Shown: positions 20,601 through 30,151 of the stretch, piece by piece
How the letters are laid out: each line of letters opens with the position of its first letter
Position numbering within the stretch: position 1 is the stretch's first letter
From: Candidatus Hydrogenedens sp.
GTDB taxonomy: Bacteria > Hydrogenedentota > Hydrogenedentia > Hydrogenedentales > Hydrogenedentaceae
Length of the DNA: 64,000 nt
Assembly: GCA_049968235.1 (NCBI GenBank)
Contig: JBMFRC010000001.1
Location: forward strand, 160,001-224,000
Direction of reading: 5' to 3'
Translations under genes and position numbers: made by a program
Notes under the pieces: generated by a model
The model's input: the letters and a program-made list of their open reading frames with translations, nothing else
What the model was told of the DNA's origin: nothing
The model's database searches: none

Positions 20601-20748
20601 GGGCACCAGGTTTTACCCCTCCGAATGTATCCTCAGATAAGCCAAAAGTTTCTGGCCAGAAAAGTAACACAAAAAGACCTATCGTAACACTTGCCTTTAA
20701 GAGGATAGATATCATTCGCTTCATGAAGCATGAATTTCCTTGTATCAA
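17686..20748 (-). CDS. Polytopic membrane protein with an N-terminal flippase-like (lysyl-PG synthase TM-type) region fused to a C-terminal sulfatase/alkaline-phosphatase-superfamily domain
   Basis: 1020 aa with at least 12 predicted TM helices. The sulfatase-family motifs NIILIIADALRADYL and TADHGEEFEDHQGWWHG lie in the C-terminal third. Confidence 0.65.
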   Translation of the reverse strand: MIQGNSCFMKRMISILLKASVTIGLFVLLFWPETFGLSEDTFGGVKPGALINEIRSLNLSHALPWVLFALLIRLAGIMSGVVRWKILLNGQNLYMPFTYMTQSWFIGRTIGIFLPSTIGLDGYRLYDSVRYTGDVIRCATVIFIEKIIGFISLTTLVFLTFPLGFRLLRFNTLFLIIILMILGFAVLFFLSLLLQPYIIQIILYAVPIPKKIKNILNRLGSSATAYAGHRKYLLLAILCGLFVHLSACLMYFGTMMALRSENTSLWDVLFASPLMIYGTVLGPSVGGEGIREIVFATLLGGKENTLKVVAFAHLGWWIGDVIPFLIGLPFLVLRKRPQKEEIQKQMSNIQSQATFTTGLPQQFNPQELLAMRNQIFRNLLYGIIGGFSAGAFCGFVESLWIIYKFTNLHEYQMLWWGPLMYGITCAGIGLGIGIFIGGWFPLLIKKFPSSLFIYVVSVSATLLSTGFVLVLWRYWRDILLQKPVSYQVFLPLSCYYLGIMLIFSAVFYIVLFYLSRRSKKFFYVVIILCLFLPFFLGACYISIVPSGGKKENRVSLADAHPNSPNIILIIADALRADYLPAYNPDIETKTPELDKFIEKSILFKDCNSHSSWTKPAFASIYTGVIPSQHYATTKNAIINSNLPTVADVLSQNGYLTKGFANNPNVHSLFGFNKGFIEYTELQPKRVFFAGDSSARLTIYEILRRVYGKISSIILKILNKPPDVREYYQPAEIVTSEALQWIDNRSFKEHPFYLVLHYMDTHDPYFHPEKKTFYPRALLGNTPKSHLTPLMRDAYIAEIEYLDKYFGKFLNELEKRGLLSNSYVIFTADHGEEFEDHQGWWHGFTLYQEMLHVPLIIKVPDVYAEEINTNQKVEGLVRHIDLSATLTEIAGITQPKTFTGKPLLSKDGKIIKHEEVISWAENETEGQIMQSIRRKDQKLILANPDNPRGLKPEELYVLSKDPKEKNNLSTNNDYLIIKQDLLQLMDMVKRNKEEQTDKKVPEQTTLPQELIEQLKATGYMQ

Positions 20749-20947
20749 TATTAAACAAAATATAAATAATATGTTAAAGGATACTAAATCATAAACATTT
20801 TACTCAATTTTATGAAATTTACAATTACTTTATAATAACGACTGAAATTCGGATAGGTTGCGAAGTTTCAATATCTTTGAATACAATCTAACATACTTTT
20901 CCTTAAACTATATTGAACAAATTCAAACAAAAATTTAAGAGTTTTCA

Positions 20948-22387
20948 GTGTCTTCTCATTTACAAACATCTCAAATAAAGTGGAAAATATCTTGCTCCCT
21001 TCTGAAAAAGGTTCTGGAAACAATTCGTTCTCGTCGCATTCCGGAAGGGAAAATTGGATATGTTTATGTTCCTGTTGATACTCCTTATAATCTTCTGGAA
21101 GAATTGTCCTCAATTCAAGGGGTGGGTAGATATTATTGGGCATCAAAAGATGAACCTTGGGAAATGGCTGGCTGGGGTGAAGCAGATGTCATCGTTGCGG
21201 ATGAAGAAATCTACGATTTTTCATACACTTCAGTTATTCAGAAAATTGCAAATCGTTTATCATACAACTATCCGACAGTCCGATATTATGGAGGATTTAA
21301 GTTTCTACCTTTAGATAATCGTGGAAACCGTTGGAAATCATTTCGTGCATATCGTTTTGTGGTCCCACGAATTGAGTTATTGCGAACAAACACAGAAATG
21401 TATCTCATAATCAATATTATGGGAGGAGATATTGAGTATGAGTTAGAACAAATCAACTCTATTCTGGGTGCTCTCGATTTATGGATTCGGGGAGATACTC
21501 CTGAACAAACTGAACAGGAACCTATTTCTTTTCATCACCGCTTGGATTGCCCCTCAAAAACAGAATGGATAGAACTTATACGACGCACACTATCCCAAAT
21601 TGAGGCAGGTGTGTTTGATAAAGTAGTTTTAGCAAGAGAAACCACATTTGAAGCCAATCGTAGAATTGACCCTGTTCTTCTCTTAAAAGCAATGGTTGAA
21701 AATTACAGCCAGTGCTATCGTTTTTGTTTTAATCCTATACCGGAAAGAGGTTTTATTGGACTATCCCCTGAACGACTCTATAAAAGATTAAGCACTTATA
21801 TTGAAACAGAAGCATTAGCAGGAACTATTGCACGTGGTAAGGAAATAAATGAAGACGAATATCTAAAATCTTTGTTAATGAATAGCCTCAAGGAACGCAA
21901 AGAACATGAGATTGTCGTGAATATGCTGAGGACAAATATGGAGCGATTGTGTTCCACTTATGAATATGATGAGCATCCTAAAATAGTCTCTTTGCCCATA
22001 GTGCATCATCTCTATACCCATTTTAAGGGGATATTGCAACCTTTAGTAGGAGATGAAGAAATTTTAGAACAACTACATCCAACACCGGCTATAGGTGGTT
22101 ACCCACGAGGTTCGGCATTAGAGTGGATTAAGCAGGAAGAGCCTTTAGACCGTGGCATTTATTCCGGACCGGTCGGTTGGATTTCATATAGTTCTGCAGA
22201 ATTTTGTGTGGGAATTCGTTCTGCACTATTGCAAGGAGATAAAATATCTTTATATTCCGGAGCAGGAATTGTTAAGGGTTCTCAACCTGAAGCGGAATGG
22301 AATGAATTGGAATATAAAATTATGGGTTATCTAAATGTACTAACAAAAAGGAATCCTTACGAGAAGTGTATTGGAGAAAAACAATGA
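20948..22387 (+). CDS. menF: Isochorismate synthase (menaquinone pathway)
   Basis: C-terminal chorismate-binding domain (GIYSGPVGWI, GAGIV). The track start is a GTG; the real start may lie further downstream. Confidence 0.75.
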   Translation: MSSHLQTSQIKWKISCSLLKKVLETIRSRRIPEGKIGYVYVPVDTPYNLLEELSSIQGVGRYYWASKDEPWEMAGWGEADVIVADEEIYDFSYTSVIQKIANRLSYNYPTVRYYGGFKFLPLDNRGNRWKSFRAYRFVVPRIELLRTNTEMYLIINIMGGDIEYELEQINSILGALDLWIRGDTPEQTEQEPISFHHRLDCPSKTEWIELIRRTLSQIEAGVFDKVVLARETTFEANRRIDPVLLLKAMVENYSQCYRFCFNPIPERGFIGLSPERLYKRLSTYIETEALAGTIARGKEINEDEYLKSLLMNSLKERKEHEIVVNMLRTNMERLCSTYEYDEHPKIVSLPIVHHLYTHFKGILQPLVGDEEILEQLHPTPAIGGYPRGSALEWIKQEEPLDRGIYSGPVGWISYSSAEFCVGIRSALLQGDKISLYSGAGIVKGSQPEAEWNELEYKIMGYLNVLTKRNPYEKCIGEKQ

Positions 22388-24168
22388 CTTCTATCATCCC
22401 ATCACCCAATATGAATCATCTATGGGCAAGATTATTAGTTGAGGAACTTTATCGAAATGGAGTAAATGGTTTTTGCATTTCCCCCGGGTCTCGTTCTACC
22501 CCTCTGGCTCTGGCGGTATCACGACAAAAAGAGACTGTTCATCACATTCATGTGGACGAGCGTGGTATGGGCTTTTATGCATTAAACTGGGCAAAAACAC
22601 TGGGGAAACCTATTGCTTTAATCTGCACTTCCGGTACCGCTGTTGCAAATTATTTTCCATCTGTAGTTGAGGCATCTCTATCACGGGTACCCCTGATTAT
22701 TCTTACCGCAGACCGTCCACCGGAACTTTTACAATGTGGAGCCAATCAGGCTATTGAACAGTCCGATATTTTTGGGAATTATGTCCGCTGGTCATTCACT
22801 CTGCCCTGTCCGGATTCCGCCATTACTCCTACCGTTGTATTAACTACCGCAGGACATGCAGTATATCAATCCTGTCGACCTCCTGCGGGACCTGTTCATA
22901 TCAATTGTATGTTTCGCGAACCCTTAGAACCTATCGAAATAGATGGGGATATTCCTGAAAATTACACACAACCTTTTGATAACTGGTTAGCGAATAAAAA
23001 ACCTTTTACTCGCTGGAATTTGCCCGAACCCAGACTTACAACAGAACAGGAAATCTTTGTTCTGGACAAAATAGAAACTGTTCGGGAAGGGCTTCTTATA
23101 ATAGGAGAATTACGCAAAGAACAGGAAATCAAGTCCGCCTATAATCTGGCTCAATCACTGCACTGGCCTGTATTCCCGGATGTTACTTCGGGTTTGCGGT
23201 TGGGCAACAAAACAAATTTTTCTGTCCCTTATTATGACCAGATGCTCCTTCTTCCCGAATTTTCAGAAAAATTCAATCCTAAATTCATATTACATATAGG
23301 TGGAACTATTACTTCAAAACGGCTCCTTGAATTTTTAGAAAAGAAACGACCTGAATATATGCTTGTAACTGACCACCCATTACGCACAGACCCTATCCAT
23401 CGTGTTACCTATCGCTTTGAAACGGATTTGAGTTCTTTCTGCTCATGGTTAGCACCTGCTATGCGACGACGAGATGTTTATCCATGGGGGTCGGAAATTG
23501 TTGAATGGTCTCAAAGGATAGAACAGGTTATAGACACATGGACAGAGAAACAGGGGAACCTGAATGAAATTACTGTTGCTCGATACATATCTCAATGGAA
23601 ACCTGTCGAATCAGATTTATTTTTGGGTAATAGTATGCCTATTCGTGATGCGGATATGTACGGTTCTATCAACGGGACAGGAGGATTGGTTTTTGCAAAT
23701 CGTGGAGCCAGTGGAATTGATGGTACCATTGCAAGTTCTGCAGGCTTTTCTTTTGCCCGCAAACGAATTGTTACTGCCGTTATTGGAGACCTGTCTGCTC
23801 TTCATGACCTTAATTCCATACCTTTGTTATCCTGCGACGGCGTAAAAGTAATACTAATTATCATTAACAATGATGGAGGTGGAATATTTTCGTTCCTTCC
23901 TATTTCTGCATATCCCGAAACATTCGAAAGATACTTTGGTGTTCCTCACGGTTACCATTTCGGGAATGTTGCCAAGATGTTTGGGATTGACTATTCCATC
24001 GTTCAAACACTTAATGAATTGAAAAAAACCTATCAAAACGCCCTAAAAAAAGATGTATCAAAAATTATTGAAGTTTCGACTAATCGTCCTGAGAATCTAA
24101 AACTTCACAAAGAATTACAATATCAAATAAAAAAAGAACTCATAAAACTCATTCAAAAAAATAACTAA
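22384..24168 (+). CDS. menD: 2-succinyl-5-enolpyruvyl-6-hydroxy-3-cyclohexene-1-carboxylate synthase
   Basis: ThDP-dependent enzyme with the N-terminal motif CISPGSRSTPLALA. The ATG at 22384 overlaps the menF stop as ATGA. The track ORF starts 18 nt earlier. Confidence 0.8.
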   Translation: MTSIIPSPNMNHLWARLLVEELYRNGVNGFCISPGSRSTPLALAVSRQKETVHHIHVDERGMGFYALNWAKTLGKPIALICTSGTAVANYFPSVVEASLSRVPLIILTADRPPELLQCGANQAIEQSDIFGNYVRWSFTLPCPDSAITPTVVLTTAGHAVYQSCRPPAGPVHINCMFREPLEPIEIDGDIPENYTQPFDNWLANKKPFTRWNLPEPRLTTEQEIFVLDKIETVREGLLIIGELRKEQEIKSAYNLAQSLHWPVFPDVTSGLRLGNKTNFSVPYYDQMLLLPEFSEKFNPKFILHIGGTITSKRLLEFLEKKRPEYMLVTDHPLRTDPIHRVTYRFETDLSSFCSWLAPAMRRRDVYPWGSEIVEWSQRIEQVIDTWTEKQGNLNEITVARYISQWKPVESDLFLGNSMPIRDADMYGSINGTGGLVFANRGASGIDGTIASSAGFSFARKRIVTAVIGDLSALHDLNSIPLLSCDGVKVILIIINNDGGGIFSFLPISAYPETFERYFGVPHGYHFGNVAKMFGIDYSIVQTLNELKKTYQNALKKDVSKIIEVSTNRPENLKLHKELQYQIKKELIKLIQKNN

Positions 24169-24375
24169 ATATATAAACAATACTATTTCCCTTTGTAGAC
24201 ATACTGAATAATAGATGCTATCTTCATATTTATTTGTCCCGTCCATTCCATCTGCATCATCTATTATATTTACCTTATTATTTAGCCTTATCTACACCAT
24301 TTTACCTATATTCATTTTGTAACTTTAAAACAAATCATTTAAAATCTATAAAACTACAATCAATCAAATACAAAC

Positions 24376-25302
24376 TTGCGAAAGGAAACTAAAATGATAA
24401 CAAGCGACGATTTATCTCGTAGACGATTCTTATATGCCAGTGGTTCTTTTGTTTTAGGTTCAACCTTACTCCAAAAAAACCTTCTAGCACAATCGGGAAA
24501 CAACACTTATCCCCGCCTAAAAAAAGCCGTTCAGTGGAATAATCTTCCCAAAAATTTATCCGAATCTGACCGTTGTAAATTAGCTAAAGATTGTGGCTTT
24601 GATGGTATCGAGATACCTCCCTTTACTGACAATAATGAAGCAAACAAAGTTCTAGAATCTGCACAAAAAAATCAATTAGAAATTCATTCCATTATTTACG
24701 GTGGCTGGGATAAGCCTTTATCACACCCCAATCCTTCCGTAGTAGAGGAAGGAAAACAACGCATTAGCAACGCATTGGAATTGGCGAAACATGTTAGTGC
24801 CAGCACCGTGCTATTAGTCCCTGCGGTTGTTAATGAACAGGTTCGCTACCAGGAGGCGTGGGAACGTTCCCAACAGCATATTCGCGAATTGATTCCTGTA
24901 GCAGAAAAAAATCAAGTTATTATCGCGGTGGAAAATGTTTGGAACAAATTCCTTTTAAGTCCTTTAGAATTCCGTCAATATATTGATGAAATAAACAGTC
25001 CTTTTGTTCGTGCTTACTTCGACATGGCAAATGTAGTGATATTCGGCTACCCCCAGGATTGGATACGAACCTTAGGCAATCGCATTGTAAAACTACACAT
25101 AAAAGACTTTAAACGCAATGGTTATCAATGGTGTAATTTGCCTTACGAAGGGGATATAGATTTTGCAGAGGTTCGATTAGCCTTGAATGAAGTAGGTTAT
25201 ACCGGTTGGGTTACAGAAGAATTTCCTGCTGGAGATGAGAATTACTTAAAAGAACTTTCTCGACGGATAGATTTGTTCATCCAGGGAGCGAAAAAACCGT
25301 AA
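24376..25302 (+). CDS. Sugar phosphate isomerase/epimerase (xylose-isomerase-like TIM barrel) with a twin-arginine signal
   Basis: Tat motif SRRRFLYASGSFVLGSTLL near the N-terminus. The true start is probably MITSDD at about 24397. Confidence 0.7.
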   Translation: MRKETKMITSDDLSRRRFLYASGSFVLGSTLLQKNLLAQSGNNTYPRLKKAVQWNNLPKNLSESDRCKLAKDCGFDGIEIPPFTDNNEANKVLESAQKNQLEIHSIIYGGWDKPLSHPNPSVVEEGKQRISNALELAKHVSASTVLLVPAVVNEQVRYQEAWERSQQHIRELIPVAEKNQVIIAVENVWNKFLLSPLEFRQYIDEINSPFVRAYFDMANVVIFGYPQDWIRTLGNRIVKLHIKDFKRNGYQWCNLPYEGDIDFAEVRLALNEVGYTGWVTEEFPAGDENYLKELSRRIDLFIQGAKKP

Positions 25303-25778
25303 CTTACTATCAGTTTTTATGTGTAAATTATAGAAACATCCACCTATATTATTTCCATACCAGAAATTACCCTGGCTAGTAACAATTTTTTTGAGATAAA
25401 TCTTTTTTAACCTCTTAACGCTCCCGTTACAGAAAACTTTTTTCTGCAAAAACAGAGACACTCTCATCACTTGTTGCATTACAGAAATGGGCATTTTATC
25501 CTCGATTATTTTTAGTCATTCACAGGAATAATTTATAGAAACAACAACTCACTCCTAAGACTGGAATGAAGCCCCTCCGGTTTTAATGACAAACAACTTA
25601 AAGGCTAAATATGCAGACTTGCTATTCCGTCAGTATGGTTATATATATAATTTGGATAATATTGGGAAGGAATTTTAATATTCTGTATTCTTAAATGATT
25701 TTAATATTCTTTTTACTGTAAAATAATACCCTTGTAGTTCCATTAAAAAAAAACAAAAAACAGAGAAGGATATGTTTT

Positions 25779-26645
25779 ATGCAAACTGCAATGGTTTTTG
25801 CTCCACATGCGGATGATGCGTCTGCATTTTGTGGAGGAACACTGGCAAAATGGAGTGCAAATGGCTGGAATATTATATTAATACGGGTAACAGATGATGC
25901 GCGGGACTCTGTAGGATTAACGATGGAGGAAACGAAACGATGTAATCGGGCTGAATTGGAAAAGTCATGTAGCATTTTAGGAATTAAGGAGATTGTAGAT
26001 CTGGATTTTCCAACTGATACTCTGGCTGATATACCTTTGACAAAGTTACGTGAACGATTTGTATATTTAATTCGTAAGTATAAACCGTATGCCATTTTCT
26101 CATTTGACCCCTATGCTCATTTTGAACCAAATATGGACCATGTTCGTGTAGCAAGGGCTGTGGAAGAAGCCCTCTGGGTATCCTGTTTCGAGCTTCATCA
26201 TCCGGAACATTTTCAGGAAGGGCTGGAACCTTTTTCGGTGTGTGAACGGTGGTATTTTGCTCGATATTTAGAAAAGATTACCTGTGCAGAAGACATAACA
26301 GAATTTTTCCCTCAAAGGGTTCAGGCTCTTTCTGCACATAAAACAATGTTGCGGAATATATTAAATCAGTTTCGTCTTCAATTGAAGACATGGGGGTATC
26401 GTGTACCTATCATTGAAGAGGCTTATACAGGTGATTATAGTGCTCTTCTGGAACAGGTGGTTTATATGCAATGTTCACAAATTGCAGAAGAATGTGGTAT
26501 GCCGGAAGGGACATTGGCGGAAGGTTTTCGTGTAGACCGTTTTGGCGATATGGAAGCATTTTTTCAGCAGTTTGCAGAACCCCTCAAAGATATTCCTCAG
26601 GGACCCAAAAGGGCTTTTTTAGATAAATATTGGCCTGATAATTAA
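25779..26645 (+). CDS. PIG-L / LmbE family N-acetylglucosaminyl deacetylase
   Basis: N-terminal motif MVFAPHADDASAFCGGT (AHPDDE-type). Confidence 0.75.
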   Translation: MQTAMVFAPHADDASAFCGGTLAKWSANGWNIILIRVTDDARDSVGLTMEETKRCNRAELEKSCSILGIKEIVDLDFPTDTLADIPLTKLRERFVYLIRKYKPYAIFSFDPYAHFEPNMDHVRVARAVEEALWVSCFELHHPEHFQEGLEPFSVCERWYFARYLEKITCAEDITEFFPQRVQALSAHKTMLRNILNQFRLQLKTWGYRVPIIEEAYTGDYSALLEQVVYMQCSQIAEECGMPEGTLAEGFRVDRFGDMEAFFQQFAEPLKDIPQGPKRAFLDKYWPDN

Positions 26646-26791
26646 TTCTCAATACATTCTGGGAAATAAAACGAAAATATTTTATAAGGGCTTCGTCGTC
26701 AGAAAATTGATTCTAATCGTTTTGATAGTGGCTTTTGTTTGTATTTTTTAGTATGTATAACGGTGTTTGATAGAATGTATAACAACAAGAA

Positions 26792-28417
26792 ATGTTCGGC
26801 AAAGGTTTATTGCAAATGTCAAAACTACATATAATAAATTTGTTATTCCTCTTGGGTATATTGTTTCCTTCTTTTGTTCTTAATTCCCAGCAAACATCAC
26901 CCGTTGTTCATGATGCTAATTCCAATCCTTTAGGAATACATTTATCCCGTAAGGTACCAAGGGAATATAATCCGGGAAATCCATTAGAAATTGTTGTTAA
27001 CATATATTGTGATGCTCCAGACCCAAATTATCCTGTTACTGCAATAGGTTTATATGAAATGTTACCTGCGGACTGGACTTTTATAGGTATGCGTGGGATA
27101 ACAACAGAACCCCCTCCAATAGCACCCGCACAAGGCACAGCAGGCACTTTACAATTTGCATGGATTACACCTCCAGCATTTCCCTGCACTTTCGCTTACA
27201 CGGTTCAGGTCCCGGAAGGGGCTGTTGGTGTTAAAACATTCTCCGGACAGGTTGAATATCGAACGAATGGACCCCGGCTGGTATCACCACCGGAAATAAC
27301 TGAAATTAATGGAATAGACCGTGTTCCACCTGAAATCTCGCTTCTGGGTGATAATCCATATACAGTATACCAGGGTACCGAATATCGTGAACCCGGTTAC
27401 AAAGCCACGGACAATGCAGATGGAGACATCACTTCCCGTGTTCAGGTAAGCGGAAATGTGGATACAACTCAACCCGGAGAATATACCCTCACATATACTG
27501 TGCGGGACAATGCGGGCAATAATTCATCAGCGAATAGAATTGTTCGTGTATTAGAACGGGAAACACAAACACCGACTTCCGGGGGAACTGTAACAACACC
27601 TGTCAGCGGAGGCTCTGTTATCGCACCTACACCGGTCCCAACAACACGCATCAATCGACCTACTCAGACAACGACAAATCAACAACAGGCTCCACCTACA
27701 GCAACCGTTCCCACATCAACAAGTAAAACACAAACACAAAAACCCGAAGAGGTTACTTTCCCAAGACCTGATTTACTGGCAGGTAACTTTGTAAAACCCA
27801 ATTATCAGGGAAGTAATACATCAAAAACGACCCTGCCTGGGGGAAATCTCACAAAACCAAACCTCCCCAAAGAACTCCGTAAGCCTCAAGGAATAGCCAG
27901 TGGACAACCACTAAAACCGTTTGAAATACCTAAAGAAATTAGAGGGGGGGCCAGACCTCCTTCAACTTTTGAAAAAAATAAAATCCCTACAACTGTTGGA
28001 GCAAAAACAGCGGAGAAAAAGCCATCGGAAATTACAGGGAATACGATTCCTATTGCGACAAAACCTCCTACAGACCATATCGAGCAAACACCGAAACAAG
28101 ATTTTGTAATAACTACCGGAACTGAAACATCTGCATCATTAGCAAGTAAAGAAAATACAAGCCCTCTCGAAATGGCACCAATAAAAATGAATAGTGGTGG
28201 CACAGGAAGTTTACCATCATTTTTAGGTGGATTTACAGATTGGTGGACAAACAAAACACAAACAGAACGACGGAATTTGATTGGAATGTTGGTTTTGCTG
28301 GGACTGTTAACTTTGCTCTGCTTTATAACGGGGAGAACTGCTTATCAGGGAATAACTCCGCAACCTCGTAAAAAGAAGGAAGAAATAGTAAAAACAGAAA
28401 CCGGTGTGGAAAATTAG
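26792..28417 (+). CDS. Cell-surface protein. It has a signal peptide, a DUF5011 Ig-like domain, a long Pro/Thr-rich linker and a C-terminal TM anchor.
   Basis: The segment PPEISLLGDNPYTVYQGTEYREPGYKATDNADGDITSRV...YTLTYTVRDNAGN matches DUF5011. It is followed by a P/T/Q-rich low-complexity region. The C-terminus is LIGMLVLLGLLTLLCFITGR followed by RKKK. Confidence 0.65.
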   Translation: MFGKGLLQMSKLHIINLLFLLGILFPSFVLNSQQTSPVVHDANSNPLGIHLSRKVPREYNPGNPLEIVVNIYCDAPDPNYPVTAIGLYEMLPADWTFIGMRGITTEPPPIAPAQGTAGTLQFAWITPPAFPCTFAYTVQVPEGAVGVKTFSGQVEYRTNGPRLVSPPEITEINGIDRVPPEISLLGDNPYTVYQGTEYREPGYKATDNADGDITSRVQVSGNVDTTQPGEYTLTYTVRDNAGNNSSANRIVRVLERETQTPTSGGTVTTPVSGGSVIAPTPVPTTRINRPTQTTTNQQQAPPTATVPTSTSKTQTQKPEEVTFPRPDLLAGNFVKPNYQGSNTSKTTLPGGNLTKPNLPKELRKPQGIASGQPLKPFEIPKEIRGGARPPSTFEKNKIPTTVGAKTAEKKPSEITGNTIPIATKPPTDHIEQTPKQDFVITTGTETSASLASKENTSPLEMAPIKMNSGGTGSLPSFLGGFTDWWTNKTQTERRNLIGMLVLLGLLTLLCFITGRTAYQGITPQPRKKKEEIVKTETGVEN

Positions 28418-28431
28418 TAGATACGAAAGCA

Positions 28432-29667
28432 ATGACTAAAAACGTTGGAATTTTTCATCCAAGAAAGAAAACATATTCGGTCCGTGTTCGGAATTGTTTT
28501 ATAGGTGGGGAAGCACCCATTGTTGTTCAAGCAATGACAAATACAAACACGGAAGATGCAGAGGCAACAGCCAGACAGGTAGCAGACTTATTCCAGGCAG
28601 GTGCAGAAATTGTTCGAATTACTGTTAACACACCCTTGTCGGCAAAGAGTGTTCCGGAGATAAGAAAACGACTGGAAGATATGGGGTTAGATGTTCCGTT
28701 AGTAGGAGATTTTCATTATAACGGACATACTTTATTATCTAAATATCCCGAATGTGCTCAGGTTCTCGATAAGTTTCGTATCAATCCGGGAAATGTAGGT
28801 CTCAAAGAAAAAAAAACAACTCATTTCCTTCAAATATGCAAAATTGCAAGGGACTTAAATAAACCCATTCGGATAGGGGTTAACATTGGTTCTCTCGATG
28901 CTGACCTTGTTATCAAGCAAATGGAAATCAATGCAAAATCTACTCATCCTAAAACCAGCAGTGAGATATATGATGAATGTATGGTCCTATCTGCCCTGCA
29001 ATCTGTGGATATGGCACAAAAAGCAGGTTTGAAACCTGAACAAATTGTAATATCCTGCAAAAGTAGTTCACCGATACAATTAATCCGTGTATATCGAAAA
29101 TTATCTGAACGGACACAACAACCACTTCATTTAGGACTAACAGAAGCAGGTTCAGGTATGCGTGGAATTGTCTGGTCATCAACCGCAATGGGAATACTTT
29201 TATCGGAAGGGATAGGTGATACAATTCGTGTGAGTTTAACACCTTCATCAGTAAATGACCGTAGAGAAGAGGTTTATTCCGCACAGGAAATTTTGCAATC
29301 GTTAGGTATTCGTCAATTTGCACCTCAGGTTATATCCTGTCCCGGATGTGGTCGTACTTCCAATCATACCTTTCAGAAAATAGCGGAACAGGTTCAAAAA
29401 TATATACGGGAACATTTACACTACTGGCGTAAAAAGTATAATGGGGTTGAACAAATGAATATTGCTGTTATGGGATGCATCGTCAACGGACCCGGTGAAT
29501 CGCGTTTCGCCAATATAGGGATTAGTTTGCCAGGGAACGGTGAACATCCCCAATGCCCTGTTTACATTGATGGTGAAAAAAGAACTATATTGAGTGGGGA
29601 TGCAGATGAATTAGCAAGCCAATTCATCAAGTTAATCGAAGAATACATTCATACACATTACTTATAG
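28432..29667 (+). CDS. ispG: 4-hydroxy-3-methylbut-2-enyl diphosphate synthase (MEP pathway)
   Basis: GcpE family with the [4Fe-4S] motif SCPGCGRT. Confidence 0.9.
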   Translation: MTKNVGIFHPRKKTYSVRVRNCFIGGEAPIVVQAMTNTNTEDAEATARQVADLFQAGAEIVRITVNTPLSAKSVPEIRKRLEDMGLDVPLVGDFHYNGHTLLSKYPECAQVLDKFRINPGNVGLKEKKTTHFLQICKIARDLNKPIRIGVNIGSLDADLVIKQMEINAKSTHPKTSSEIYDECMVLSALQSVDMAQKAGLKPEQIVISCKSSSPIQLIRVYRKLSERTQQPLHLGLTEAGSGMRGIVWSSTAMGILLSEGIGDTIRVSLTPSSVNDRREEVYSAQEILQSLGIRQFAPQVISCPGCGRTSNHTFQKIAEQVQKYIREHLHYWRKKYNGVEQMNIAVMGCIVNGPGESRFANIGISLPGNGEHPQCPVYIDGEKRTILSGDADELASQFIKLIEEYIHTHYL

Positions 29668-29700
29668 GATTCTGTAACCATTAGGAAATAAGAGTATTTC

Positions 29701-30098
29701 TTAGGCACAAATTTGTTCCTTCATCTTTATAAATTTATCTTTATATAAATAATCAAAAGAAATATCTACATCTACCAGTCCATTTTTGATAAGGTGAGCA
29801 TTTAAAATGTTTTTTTTAGATACAAACACACAAGAAGAATCCCTTCAAAATTATATTTTCTCGTATCATATTTCAGAAATACTTTTTGATTTTTGAGTTT
29901 TTGAGTTAAGAACTTTATTGCATCTTGTTCCTTTTCCCTGTTTGTTTTAACTCCTAATAATCTCACTTTTAAGCCATTATTTAGAATTAATTCTTCCGGA
30001 CTGATAACCTCTTTAACGCTGATGTACTCTTCTCTTGTATATTCATTGTCTATGTCAATTTTAGAGCTGAATTTAAGTAATTTAGGATTGATTTTTTT
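29701..30098 (-). pseudogene. Start-less ORF remnant (about 132 codons) with a staphylococcal-nuclease (SNase/thermonuclease) fold signature
   Basis: My own translation, not in the ORF track: ...EEYISVKEVISPEELILNNGLKVRLLGVKTNREKEQDAIKFLTQKLKNQKVFLKYDTRKYNFEGILLVCLYLKKNILNAHLIKNGLVDV... This aligns to the SNase pattern v.RViDGDTi.v...vRLlGIDaPE...A...l...l.gk.V.l..d..D.YGR.L.yv...n.eLv..GlA.v. The Ca-binding and catalytic residues are substituted (DGDT to SPEE, DAPE to KTNRE). There is no ATG, GTG or TTG between the upstream in-frame stop and the body. Coordinates are accurate to about 2 nt. Confidence 0.4.
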
Positions 30099-30151
30099 TC
30101 AAAATGAACAGGGTCTTTAAATATATATGGTAATTTTTCAATTTCATTATC

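Noticed and set aside
20868-21146. 92-aa minus-strand ORF overlapping the menF start
   Set aside because: It is antisense to the menF 5' region and has no RBS. A shadow ORF.
25303-25778. A 476-bp non-coding gap as a possible ncRNA or riboswitch locus
   Set aside because: No recognisable tRNA, tmRNA, SRP, 6S or riboswitch core motifs can be seen by eye. It would need a covariance-model scan.
25246-26095. Minus-strand ORFs of 82 and 134 aa around the LmbE gene start
   Set aside because: They overlap the well-supported LmbE-family CDS and its upstream region on the opposite strand. The composition is implausible.
29881-29900. Tandem TTTTGAGT x2 near the SNase-like remnant
   Set aside because: Two copies of an 8-mer in AT-rich DNA are not significant.
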